NCBI GenBank assembly: GCA_040081715.1
Contig: JBEBFY010000017.1
Coordinates: 319 to 64,318 of the forward strand
DNA: 64,000 nt
From: Vicinamibacterales bacterium
GTDB taxonomy: Bacteria > Acidobacteriota > Vicinamibacteria > Vicinamibacterales > UBA2999
Reading direction: 5' to 3'
This document shows, piece by piece, positions 49,178 to 58,692 of this stretch. Each line of letters starts with the position of its first letter. Position 1 is the stretch's first letter. The notes below the pieces were generated by a model, which saw nothing but the letters and a program-made list of their open reading frames with translations, was not told the DNA's origin and made no database searches. The position numbers and the translations under genes are program-made.

Positions 49178-52100
49178 ATGAAGGTTCGGCGGATTGGATG
49201 GTTGCTCGCCCTGCTGGGCGTGCTGCTCGTGCCACGCATCGGCCTCGCCCAGGCCACTGGATCAATCGCGGGCACGGTCAAGGACACCTCAGGCGCCGTG
49301 CTGCCGGGCGTAACCGTTGAGGCCGCATCCCCGGCCCTCATCGAGAAGGTCCGCACCGTCGTCACCGACGGGGGCGGTAACTACAAGATCGTGGACCTGC
49401 GCCCCGGCGTCTATACCGTGACCGTGTCGCTGCCCGGCTTCAGCACCTTCAAGCGTGAAGGCATTGAGCTGTCCGCGGGCTTCACCGCAAACGTCAGCGC
49501 CGACCTCAAGGTCGGCTCGCTTGAGGAGACGGTCACGGTGACCGGCGCCAGCCCGATCGTGGACGTGCAGAACGCCCGCACACAGCAGGTGCTGAGACAG
49601 GAGACCCTCAACAACCTGCCGACAGGGGCCAAGAACCTGATGGCCTTCGCCGCGATGACGCTCGGTGCCGTGACCTCCAGCCGGGCCAACGACGTGGGCG
49701 GCGACAAGGGCGAGCAGGCCACGGGCATCGTGCTCCACGGCGGCCGTGGGGATGACGGCCGCGTGAACTGGGACGGCATGAGCACGAACGTGTTCTTCGG
49801 GGGCGCCGGCGGCAAGCAGCGCACCTACTACTTCAACACCGTGGCCGTGCAGGAAGTCGTGGTGGACACCGGCGGCAACAGCGCCGAGAGCGAAACGGGC
49901 GGCGCCAACGTCAACATGGTCCCGAGGGAAGGCGGCAACACGCTGAGCCTCTACGGCAGCGCCAACTACACCGGGAACAAGTTCTCGGCCAAGGCCGTGC
50001 CGGACGACCTCAAGGCGCGCGGCATCACCGACCAGTCGTCGCTGAGGAAGATCTACGACTACGGCGTGGGCGTCGGCGGCCCGATCAGCCAGGACAGGGC
50101 CTGGTTCTACGCCACCTACCGCACGTGGGGTGCGCAGAACTTCGGCACGGACAACTACTTCAACACCTCCACGAACAACTTCGTCTACACACCGGACCTC
50201 TCACGCCCCGCCTACGCGGACACCTACTTCGCGGACGAGTCGTTCCGGGTGACCTGGCAGCTCACGGGCAAGCACAAGATCAACCACGAGATCCATCTCC
50301 AGAACGGCTGCAGTTGCTGGCTCGGCATTGGCCGCGGCGGCCGCACGGCCCCTGAGGCCACGACCAGCTTCGACTACGGCCCGCAGGTCCTCAACCAGAC
50401 GACCTGGAGCTACACGGCCACCAATAAGCTCCTGGTGCAGGTCGGGGCGAGCTTCCTCCGCCAGAACGTCGCCTTTATCCAGATGGACGAGTCGACGATG
50501 AACAAGCTCACGGGGGCCGGCAAGCCCATATTCCCGGGTCCGACCACGGTCTCGGTGGTCGAGCTCAACACCGGCTACCGGTGGGGTGCGTTGCCGGGAG
50601 GCCTGACGAGCTACTCGCGGAAGCAGGACGACAGCAACAACTTCAATCAGCGCGTTGCGATCTCCTACATCACCGGTTCGCACGCGATGAGGGTGGGCAC
50701 GCAGACCCTGCAGGGCCACTATGACTTCTACGGTATGCAGGATGTCGCGCAACTCAACTACAGCCTGCGGGCCGGCGTGCCGGTGTCTCTGACGCAGTTC
50801 GCCGGTCCGTTCCAGTCGCGCACGCGTCTGTCCGGCATCAGCTTCTTCGCGCAGGACCAGTGGACAGTCAAGCGCCTGACGCTGAACCTCGGTGTCCGCT
50901 ACGACCAGTTCTCGGGCCGCACGCTGGCCCAGGACATTCCGGCCGGCCCGTACCGGCCGGCCTTCAGCGTCGCCGAGACAAAGGGCCTGCCCGACTTCAA
51001 GGACATCACGCCGCGCATCGGTCTCGCCTATGACGTCTTCGGTAACGGCCGAACGGCCATCAAGGCGGCCTTCGGCAAGTATCTGATGGGCCAGGGCGGC
51101 GGCCTCAGCCAGCAGGGCTTCGCGCCGTCGGTCGCCATCGTGTCCAGCGTGACGCGCAACTGGGCCGATGCGAACGGCAACTTCGTCGCCGACTGCACAC
51201 TGTCCAACCTGCAGGCCAACGGTGAGTGCGGTGTCGTGAACAACCTGCTCTTCGGGCAGCCGTTCTCGACGCAGAGCCTCTCCGACGACGCGCGGGCCGG
51301 CTGGGGTAACCGAGAGTACAACTACCAGTGGAACGTGCAGCTCCAGCAGGAGCTCCGCCCGGGCCTGGGCCTCGCAGGCGGGTTCTTCCACACCCAGTGG
51401 GGCAACATGTCGGTGACGCGCAACACGCTGGTGAGGCCCGCGGACTTCACGGAGTACTGCGTCACGACACCGACGGACACCCGCTTGGCGCAGTTCAGCA
51501 ATCAGCGCGTGTGCGGCCTCTACGACCGCAATATCCCCGGAGGTGTCCAGAACCTCATTGAGTTGGCGGACAAGGCCGGGCACGGCACTCCGGAGGAGTC
51601 GTTCAACGGCTACGAGATCGGGATGAACGCCCGCTGGGGTAACGGCAAGCTCCTCAACGGCGGCATCAGCGTCGGGCGCGAGACGGTCGACTGGTGCTAC
51701 GCCAACGGACACCCGGAGCTGACGCCGCAGAACTTCCCGGCCGGCTATCCACGCAGCACCGACTACTGCCGCGTGACGTCGAGCTGGTGGAACGGCATCG
51801 GTTCGCAGGCCAAGGTGCAGCTCATCTACCCGCTGCCTTACGGCTTCGTCCTGAGCGGTTCCTACAAGAACATGCCGGGCGTCGAGCAGACGGCCACGGT
51901 CAACTACACGAACGCGCAGATCGCGCCTTCGCTCGGCCGGAACCTGTCGCAGGGCGCGGGCACGATCGTGCCCGTCGCGGTGGTGCCGCTTGCGACCAAC
52001 GGTGACACGCCGCAGGGCGTGCTGTTCGACCAGCGCCTGAACCAGGTGGACCTGCGCTTCAGCAAGAGTGTGAAGGTGGGCCGCGCTCGCGTCAACGGTG

Positions 52101-52234
52101 TGCTCGACGTCTACAACGTGAGCAACAGCCGGGCACCGCAGAGCCTCATCACCACTTACGGCGCCACCTGGCTGCGGCCGGCATCGCTCCTCGGCGGACG
52201 CCTCTGGAAGTTCGGCGCCCAGGTGGACTGGTAG
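49178..52234 (+). CDS. TonB-dependent receptor-like outer-membrane protein 2
   Basis: SD GAGGAG, signal peptide, same domain motifs as TBDR1, C-terminal AQVDW. Confidence 0.88.
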   Translation: MKVRRIGWLLALLGVLLVPRIGLAQATGSIAGTVKDTSGAVLPGVTVEAASPALIEKVRTVVTDGGGNYKIVDLRPGVYTVTVSLPGFSTFKREGIELSAGFTANVSADLKVGSLEETVTVTGASPIVDVQNARTQQVLRQETLNNLPTGAKNLMAFAAMTLGAVTSSRANDVGGDKGEQATGIVLHGGRGDDGRVNWDGMSTNVFFGGAGGKQRTYYFNTVAVQEVVVDTGGNSAESETGGANVNMVPREGGNTLSLYGSANYTGNKFSAKAVPDDLKARGITDQSSLRKIYDYGVGVGGPISQDRAWFYATYRTWGAQNFGTDNYFNTSTNNFVYTPDLSRPAYADTYFADESFRVTWQLTGKHKINHEIHLQNGCSCWLGIGRGGRTAPEATTSFDYGPQVLNQTTWSYTATNKLLVQVGASFLRQNVAFIQMDESTMNKLTGAGKPIFPGPTTVSVVELNTGYRWGALPGGLTSYSRKQDDSNNFNQRVAISYITGSHAMRVGTQTLQGHYDFYGMQDVAQLNYSLRAGVPVSLTQFAGPFQSRTRLSGISFFAQDQWTVKRLTLNLGVRYDQFSGRTLAQDIPAGPYRPAFSVAETKGLPDFKDITPRIGLAYDVFGNGRTAIKAAFGKYLMGQGGGLSQQGFAPSVAIVSSVTRNWADANGNFVADCTLSNLQANGECGVVNNLLFGQPFSTQSLSDDARAGWGNREYNYQWNVQLQQELRPGLGLAGGFFHTQWGNMSVTRNTLVRPADFTEYCVTTPTDTRLAQFSNQRVCGLYDRNIPGGVQNLIELADKAGHGTPEESFNGYEIGMNARWGNGKLLNGGISVGRETVDWCYANGHPELTPQNFPAGYPRSTDYCRVTSSWWNGIGSQAKVQLIYPLPYGFVLSGSYKNMPGVEQTATVNYTNAQIAPSLGRNLSQGAGTIVPVAVVPLATNGDTPQGVLFDQRLNQVDLRFSKSVKVGRARVNGVLDVYNVSNSRAPQSLITTYGATWLRPASLLGGRLWKFGAQVDW

Positions 52235-52254
52235 GCCCGGTTTCGGATTCCTGT

Positions 52255-52284
52255 GGGGCGGGGCCTCTGGGTCCCGCCCCTTTT
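52255..52284 (+). terminator. Rho-independent terminator after TBDR2
   Basis: ggggcggggcc-tctg-ggtcccgcccc-tttt; stem nearly identical to the TBDR1 terminator. Confidence 0.8.
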
Positions 52285-52322
52285 CGCGTACGGCCGCTCC
52301 CGTCCACTACTCCCGCCGCCAG

Positions 52323-52352
52323 TTGACTCGTGTACGCGCATTCCAGTAGATT
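52323..52352 (+). promoter_or_regulatory. sigma70-type promoter of TBDR3
   Basis: TTGACT (52323-52328), 18 nt, TAGATT (52347-52352). Confidence 0.6.
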
Positions 52353-52468
52353 TATCCGTTCGTCGCACTTTGTCGCACGTGGCGTGACGTCGCTACAGCC
52401 GTTCGGGAACTCCGGGCACCTTTCGTTTCACCGTAGACCCTGTTGTCTTCTGAAGAAGGAGTTTGAAC

Positions 52469-55400
52469 ATGAACGTTCGCCGTACCGGATGGTTGCTCGC
52501 CTTGCTGGGCGTGCTGCTGATCCCGCAGTTTGCACTTGCCCAAAGCGGCGGCACGATCGCCGGCACCGTGAGGGACGCGTCGGGTGGTGTGCTGCCGGGC
52601 ACCACAGTCGAAGCCGCCAGCCCGGCCCTCATCGAGAAGGTCAGAAGCGTCACGACCGACGACAACGGCAACTACAAGATCGTCGACCTCCGTCCCGGGA
52701 CCTACACCGTGACGGTCACGCTGCCGGGGTTCAGCACCTTTAAGCGTGAAGGTGTTGAGTTGTCCGCCGGCTTTACGGCGAACGTGAATGCGGACCTCAA
52801 GGTCGGCTCCCTCGAAGAGACGGTCACCGTCACCGGCGCAACGCCGATTGTGGACGTCCAGAGCGCCCGCACGCAGAACGTCCTCAAGGCCTCGACGCTC
52901 GACAATCTGCCCTCGGGCTCCCGCAACATCATGGCCTTCGTCTCCATGACGCTGGGTGCGATGCCCTCGTCCGGCGGCAGGAACGACGTCGGCGGCGACA
53001 AGGGCGAGCAGGCCACGGGCATCGTGCTGCACGGCGGACGCGGCGACGACGGCCGGACCAACTGGGACGGCATGAACACGAACGTGTTCTTCGGCAACGC
53101 CGGCGGCCAGCAGCGCACCTACTACTTCAACACCGTCGCGATCCAGGAAACCGTCATCGACACGGGCGGCGCGACCGCCGAGACCGAGACCGGCGGCGCC
53201 AACATCAACATGGTGCCCAAGGAAGGTGGCAACAGCCTGAAACTGTTCGGCCTGATCGCGTATGCGGATCAGAACCTCTCGGCGAAGGCCGTGCCGAAAT
53301 CCGTCAGCGACCGCGGCTTCGGGCCGCAGACGTCGCTCCGGAAGGTCTATGACTACGGCGTGGGTGTCGGTGGACCGCTCAAGCAGGACAAGGCTTGGTT
53401 CTACGCCACCTATCGCCCGTGGGGTGCCCAGAACTACGGCACCGTCCGCCTCGACACGGATACCAATCCGTTGACCTACACGCCCGGCCCCGACCGTGGC
53501 TACGCAGACACGTACTTCGCCGACGAGTCCTTCCGCGCGACGATCCAGCTGAACGCGAAGCACAAGGTGAACCACGAGATCCACCTCCAGTACGGCTGCT
53601 CGTGCGATCTGGCCCTGGGCCTCGGCGCACAGCAGACTCCAGAGGCCGCGACGGACTTCGACTACGGCCCGCAGATTCTCAACCAGACGACCTGGAACTA
53701 CACGGCGACCAACAAGCTGCTGATCCAGGCGGGCGCCACGTTCCTGCAGCAGAACGTGACCTACCAGAACGGCACCACTTCGAACGCCAGCAAGTTCACC
53801 GGCAGCGGTAAGGCGGTGGAGCCTGGCTTGGGGGTCTTTGCGATTACCGATCTGGCCACCACGTTGACCTACGGGGCTATGCCGGGTGGCATCCAGAACT
53901 ACGGCGGCCCGGATGACAGCGCGAACTTCAACCAGAAGTTCGTCGTGAACTACATCACGGGTTCGCACGCCATCAAGGCCGGCTTGCAGACGCTACAGGG
54001 TCACTATGACTTCGACGGGATGGGCCTGCAGTACCCCGTCGAGCAGGTCAACTACCAGTTCCGCTCCGGCGTGCCGGTATCACTCTCGCAGTTCGCCGGT
54101 CCGTTCGTGTCCAAGACACGCCTGGGGGGCCAGGGCCTCTTCGTCCAGGACCAGTGGACACTGAACAGGCTCACATTGAGCTACGGCGCCCGGTACGATC
54201 ACTTCAACGCCCGGACCCTCGCCCTCGACGTGCCCGCGGGCCGTTTCCGCCCGGCGTTTTCCGTGGCTGAGCGCAAGAACCTGCCGGACTTCAAGGACTT
54301 CACCTACCGCGTGGGTGCGGCCTATGACGTCTTCGGCAACGGCCGGACGGCCATCAAGGGCGGCTTCGGCAAGTACCTGATGGGCCAGGGTGGCCAGTTC
54401 TCCAACCAGGGCTTCGCGCCGGCAACGGCTATCGTGACGTCGACGAGCCGCGCCTGGACGGACGCCAACGGCAACTTCACGCCGGACTGTGTGCTCGAGA
54501 ACTTCACGGCCAACGGTGAGTGCGGCGCCATTCTGAACCCGCTCTTCGGCCAGCCGTTCTCGGTCCAGTCGCTGGCGGACGACGTCCGCGAGGGCTGGGG
54601 CAAGCGCGAATACAACTACCAGTGGAACCTGCAGCTCCAGCAGGAGCTCCGCCCGGGCATCGGCATCGCCGTGGGCTACTTCCACACACAGTGGGGCAAC
54701 ATGTCCGTCACGCGGAATACCCGGGTGACGGCAGACGACTACACGCGGTACGCGATCACCGTGCCAACGGATGCCCGTCTGGGCGCCGTGAGCGGCACGG
54801 TCGTGGACGGCTACTACGACATCACTCCGGCGGGCCTGGCCAAGGGCGCGGCCTACGAGATCACCCAGGCCAGCAACTTCGGCACGCCGAAGGATTACTT
54901 CGACGGCGTGGACATCGGCATCAACGCCCGCTGGGGCAAGGGCGCACTGCTGAGCGGCGGCGTGTCGGTCGGCCGGCAGGTCATGGACTACTGCTATGTC
55001 AACAGCCGGCCCGACCTGACGCCACAGAACTACCCGTTCGGCGCGACATCGACGAGCCGCTACCCGCGCAATGACGACTTCTGCAACGTGACGCCGAACT
55101 GGTGGGACGGCATCGGGTCGCAGATGAAGCTCCAGTTCGTCTACCCGCTGCCGGGTGGCGTGACGGCCAGCGCGGCCTACAAGCACCTGCCCGGCATCAT
55201 CCTCTCGGGTAACCAGGTGCTGGCGAGCGCCCAGGTGAGCACGATCCTGGGCCGGACCTCGACGTCGGCTGGAACGGCGACGCACGCGGTGATCCCGACC
55301 GGCAGCGGCAACGGCAACGCCGGTGGCGCCACGGGCGAGCTGTACGACGAACGGCTGAACCAAATCGATGTCCGCCTCAACAAGGCCGTCAGCATCGGCA

Positions 55401-55552
55401 AGGGCAAGATCACCGGCACGTTCGACATCTACAACATCGCGAACGCCCGGACGCCACAGGGCATCGTGAACACCCTCGGCGCGGCCTACCAGCGCGTCAT
55501 CTCCACGCTGGGCGGCCGGCTCTTCAAGTTCGGCGCGACGATCGATTTCTAA
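52469..55552 (+). CDS. TonB-dependent receptor-like outer-membrane protein 3
   Basis: SD AAGGAG, signal peptide, same domain motifs as TBDR1 and TBDR2, C-terminal ATIDF. Confidence 0.88.
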   Translation: MNVRRTGWLLALLGVLLIPQFALAQSGGTIAGTVRDASGGVLPGTTVEAASPALIEKVRSVTTDDNGNYKIVDLRPGTYTVTVTLPGFSTFKREGVELSAGFTANVNADLKVGSLEETVTVTGATPIVDVQSARTQNVLKASTLDNLPSGSRNIMAFVSMTLGAMPSSGGRNDVGGDKGEQATGIVLHGGRGDDGRTNWDGMNTNVFFGNAGGQQRTYYFNTVAIQETVIDTGGATAETETGGANINMVPKEGGNSLKLFGLIAYADQNLSAKAVPKSVSDRGFGPQTSLRKVYDYGVGVGGPLKQDKAWFYATYRPWGAQNYGTVRLDTDTNPLTYTPGPDRGYADTYFADESFRATIQLNAKHKVNHEIHLQYGCSCDLALGLGAQQTPEAATDFDYGPQILNQTTWNYTATNKLLIQAGATFLQQNVTYQNGTTSNASKFTGSGKAVEPGLGVFAITDLATTLTYGAMPGGIQNYGGPDDSANFNQKFVVNYITGSHAIKAGLQTLQGHYDFDGMGLQYPVEQVNYQFRSGVPVSLSQFAGPFVSKTRLGGQGLFVQDQWTLNRLTLSYGARYDHFNARTLALDVPAGRFRPAFSVAERKNLPDFKDFTYRVGAAYDVFGNGRTAIKGGFGKYLMGQGGQFSNQGFAPATAIVTSTSRAWTDANGNFTPDCVLENFTANGECGAILNPLFGQPFSVQSLADDVREGWGKREYNYQWNLQLQQELRPGIGIAVGYFHTQWGNMSVTRNTRVTADDYTRYAITVPTDARLGAVSGTVVDGYYDITPAGLAKGAAYEITQASNFGTPKDYFDGVDIGINARWGKGALLSGGVSVGRQVMDYCYVNSRPDLTPQNYPFGATSTSRYPRNDDFCNVTPNWWDGIGSQMKLQFVYPLPGGVTASAAYKHLPGIILSGNQVLASAQVSTILGRTSTSAGTATHAVIPTGSGNGNAGGATGELYDERLNQIDVRLNKAVSIGKGKITGTFDIYNIANARTPQGIVNTLGAAYQRVISTLGGRLFKFGATIDF

Positions 55553-55605
55553 ACAACCCGACGGCGCCCGGCCTCACCAGGCCGGCGCGACCAGGGGCAA
55601 CACTG

Positions 55606-55638
55606 GGGCGGGAGCATCGCAAGGTGCTCCCGCCCTTT
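55606..55638 (+). terminator. Probable terminator after TBDR3
   Basis: gggcgggagcatc-gcaa-ggtgctcccgccc-ttt (short U-tract). Confidence 0.65.
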
Positions 55639-55730
55639 CCACGTACAGGCGCTCCGGCAATCGCCACTCGCGTGAGATACTCCGCTCGCGGACGCCCCCA
55701 GGACGAGGGTTCCGCGCTCGACACCGCGCC

Positions 55731-56267
55731 ATGCCCCCGCCGCTGACCTTCCGGACCGCCACACACGCCGACATTGACGCCATCGTGGCGTTGGTCGAAA
55801 GCGCCTACCGGGGCGAAGCCAGCCGCGCCGGGTGGACGACGGAAGCCGATCTGCTCGACGGTCAGAGGACGGATACCGGCAAAGTGCGCGAACTGGTGGA
55901 CGCCGCTGGGAGCCGTCTCATCCTGGCATTCCGCGACCGCGAACTCGTGGGCTCCGTGCTGCTGAAGGACGAAGGCGACGCCGTCGCATACGTCGGAATG
56001 CTCGCCGTGCGACCCCCGCTCCAGGGCAGCGGCGTCGGACGGACCCTGCTGGAGGAAGCTGAGCGCGTGGCCGGTGCGACGCTGCAGGCCCGGACCATCC
56101 GGATGACGGTGATTCCGCTTCGAACCGAACTGGTGGCCTGGTATGAACGGCGCGGCTACCGGAGGACTGGCGCACAGGAGCCATTCCCCTATGGCGACGA
56201 GCGCTTCGGGCGGCCGAAGCGCCACGACCTCTCCTTCGTAGTCCTGACGAAAGTGCTGCCGCGATGA
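55731..56267 (+). CDS. GNAT-family N-acetyltransferase
   Basis: AYRG..GWTTEADL, GMLAVRPPLQGSGVGRTLL (acetyl-CoA motif A), WYERRGY. Confidence 0.9.
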   Translation: MPPPLTFRTATHADIDAIVALVESAYRGEASRAGWTTEADLLDGQRTDTGKVRELVDAAGSRLILAFRDRELVGSVLLKDEGDAVAYVGMLAVRPPLQGSGVGRTLLEEAERVAGATLQARTIRMTVIPLRTELVAWYERRGYRRTGAQEPFPYGDERFGRPKRHDLSFVVLTKVLPR

Positions 56268-57415
56268 CGTCGAGAACCCACTATCTGCAGACGCCGCAGA
56301 TCGCCATCATCTTCCTGTCCTTCTTCCTGCTGGCGGTGCCGGTCGCCTTCCTGCAGGTCTCGCCGGACGTGCCGGAGTACCTCGGCCGATGGCTGACCCT
56401 CGGCTACGCGATCATCTTCGGCAACACGCACTTCGCCATTACGTGGGCGCTGTACCTGAACTCGGCGAACCTGCGGCACTTCGCGTCCACGCCCGGGCGC
56501 AAGGCCGTCTACTTCCTCGGTCCACCGGTCATCCTGGTCGCCTTCTGGTATCTCGGCGTGCGGCAGGCTCCGACGCCTGGCACGTCGGCCTTCATCCTGT
56601 TTACGGTCGCCTTCACGGCCATTGATTACTTCCACGCCGTGCGTCAGAGCTTCGGTGTCTACGAGATGTTCCGGTCGCGCACGGGCGCGCGTTTTCCCTC
56701 GTGGATGCCCAACGTCGACAACGGCTACTTCCTGGCGCTCTGGGCGCTCCAGATCATCACGTTCATCCGCGGACTGACGAACGGATTCGCGGGCGCGTTC
56801 GACCCGGCCGACCCGTTCACCCGCATGGGCCTGGCCGCCACTGCCGTGCTGCTCGTGCTGATGCTCCGCTCACTCGCCTCGGCGTGGCAGTCGGGCGAAG
56901 ATCGGAATGCGGTGCTGGCGGCGCTCGGGTATCTGGTGTTGCAGTCCGCGTCCGCGCTGATGGTCGTCTACCAGGCCCGGCTCTTCGTGGCGAGTCTGGC
57001 CATGCACTACGTCGAGTACCACGTGCTGATGGCGCCTCGTCTGTTCACCGTGCCGCTGGAGAGCAGCTCCAGCGCGGATCGTGTCGCCGGGTGGTTCCGC
57101 CGGCACCGGCTCGGCTTCTACCTCGCGTTGCTCCTCATCGCCACCTGGGCATCGTCGGCGTCGCTCTTCAGCATGAGCGGTCTACCTGTTCGACCAGACG
57201 GGCCACAGTTCGGCTGGTATCTGGTCAACATGATGAACGGTATCTTCATGGCGCATTACTTCATCGAAGCGTTCGTCTGGAAGTTCGGGAATCCCTTCTA
57301 CCGGCAGACGCTTGGGCCGGTATACTTCGCTGCTCAGAGCGAGCCCTCCGTCCCGGATGGCCGCCAGGGCGGGCGCACCGCCAGCCCGCCCGTATCCGCA
57401 AGGAGCCGCCGATGA
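56264..57415 (+). CDS. Uncharacterised polytopic membrane protein with four His-containing motifs
   Basis: About 9-10 hydrophobic segments; GNTHFAIT, YFHAVRQSFG, MHYVEYH, AHYFIEAFVWK. ATGA overlaps with both neighbours. Confidence 0.75.
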   Translation: MTSRTHYLQTPQIAIIFLSFFLLAVPVAFLQVSPDVPEYLGRWLTLGYAIIFGNTHFAITWALYLNSANLRHFASTPGRKAVYFLGPPVILVAFWYLGVRQAPTPGTSAFILFTVAFTAIDYFHAVRQSFGVYEMFRSRTGARFPSWMPNVDNGYFLALWALQIITFIRGLTNGFAGAFDPADPFTRMGLAATAVLLVLMLRSLASAWQSGEDRNAVLAALGYLVLQSASALMVVYQARLFVASLAMHYVEYHVLMAPRLFTVPLESSSSADRVAGWFRRHRLGFYLALLLIATWASSASLFSMSGLPVRPDGPQFGWYLVNMMNGIFMAHYFIEAFVWKFGNPFYRQTLGPVYFAAQSEPSVPDGRQGGRTASPPVSARSRR

Positions 57416-58650
57416 CCCGCTTCACTCACTCGACCGTGCTGGCCGCCGGGTTTGCTGTCCTGACTGTCGCAACGCTGGGGGCCCAGCAGGTGCGTCCCGC
57501 TGCCCCCGTGGCGGCCGACGTGAAGTCGCCCCCGCCGAGAAAGGCGCTCGGACCAGGCCCGTGGACGTTCGACACCATCGCCCACGCGATCAAGGTGACG
57601 CGAATGGCCACCCTCGTTCACCCATGGGGTATCGCGTTCCTGCCTGACGGATCGATGCTCGTGACCGAGCGTCCTGGGCGCCTCCGGGTGATCCGCAATG
57701 GCGCGCTCGACCCACAGTCGATCCCAGGCGTCCCGAAGGTGCTGACGACGGGTTTCGACGGCCTGCTCGACATCGCGCTCCATCCGAAGTTCGCGGAGAA
57801 CCGGCTCGTCTACCTGACCTATTCGAAGCCGGGCGACGACGGGTCGGTGCAGACGGCATTGTTCCGCGCGACGTTCGACGGCAAGGCGCTGAGCGGGGGC
57901 AAGGACATCTTCCTCGCCAACTCACCCATTCCGAAGACGCAGCAGCAGTCGGTGACGTCCCGCATCGCGTTCGGCAGGGACGGCATGATCTACATGTCCG
58001 TCGGCAGCCCGAACCAGGACCGTCTCAAGGCCCAGGATCCGACGAGCCACCGCGGCAAGATCCTGCGCCTCAAGGACGACGGGACCGCACCCGCCGACAA
58101 CCCCTTCATCGGGAAGCACGTGTACGGCCTTCCCTACCAGCCCGAGATCTTCTCGGTGGGCCATCGGAACGCCATGGGCCTGGCCGTCAATCCCGATACC
58201 GGGGAGATATGGGCTGACGAGAACGGCCCGTCCGGCGGCGACGAACTGAACATCATCCTGCCAGGCAGGAACTACGGCTGGCCGGTGATCTCGCTCGGCC
58301 GCGAGTACGACGGCACGCCGATGCAGAAGGCCCAGGACGGCATGGAGCAGCCGCTCTTCTTCTGGTCGCCCAATCCCTCCGTCACCGGGCTGAGTTTCTA
58401 CACCGGCGACAAGTTTCCGAAGTGGCGGCGGAGCGCCTTCATCGGGGGACTGGTGGGCCGCCGGATGGACCGCGTCACCTTCAACGACAAGTGGCAGCCG
58501 GTCGGGGTGGAAGGCGCGCTCGGCGGTGAGATGCTCCTTGGTGAACTGAAGCAGCGCATCCGTGACGTCCGCCAGGGGCCGGACGGGTACCTCTACGTGC
58601 TGACCGACGAAGACGACGGCGCGGTGCTGCGTATCGAGCCGGCGCAGTAG
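57412..58650 (+). CDS. PQQ-dependent aldose sugar dehydrogenase (GSDH/YliI-like), secreted
   Basis: C-terminal part of ORF 56701..58650; signal peptide, HPWGIAFLPDG, GLLDIALHPKF, GKILR, GHRN, ENGPSGGDELN, NYGWP, RIRDVRQGPDG. Confidence 0.9.
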   Translation: MTRFTHSTVLAAGFAVLTVATLGAQQVRPAAPVAADVKSPPPRKALGPGPWTFDTIAHAIKVTRMATLVHPWGIAFLPDGSMLVTERPGRLRVIRNGALDPQSIPGVPKVLTTGFDGLLDIALHPKFAENRLVYLTYSKPGDDGSVQTALFRATFDGKALSGGKDIFLANSPIPKTQQQSVTSRIAFGRDGMIYMSVGSPNQDRLKAQDPTSHRGKILRLKDDGTAPADNPFIGKHVYGLPYQPEIFSVGHRNAMGLAVNPDTGEIWADENGPSGGDELNIILPGRNYGWPVISLGREYDGTPMQKAQDGMEQPLFFWSPNPSVTGLSFYTGDKFPKWRRSAFIGGLVGRRMDRVTFNDKWQPVGVEGALGGEMLLGELKQRIRDVRQGPDGYLYVLTDEDDGAVLRIEPAQ

Positions 58651-58692
58651 CCCTCGTCCGCGCGCGGCCGCTCAGCCCTGGTCGATCCGGGC

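Noticed and set aside
45804-55552. Diversity-generating retroelement or invertase shufflon as the cause of TBDR variation
   Set aside because: No reverse transcriptase, recombinase, inverted cassettes or adenine-specific TR/VR pair was seen.
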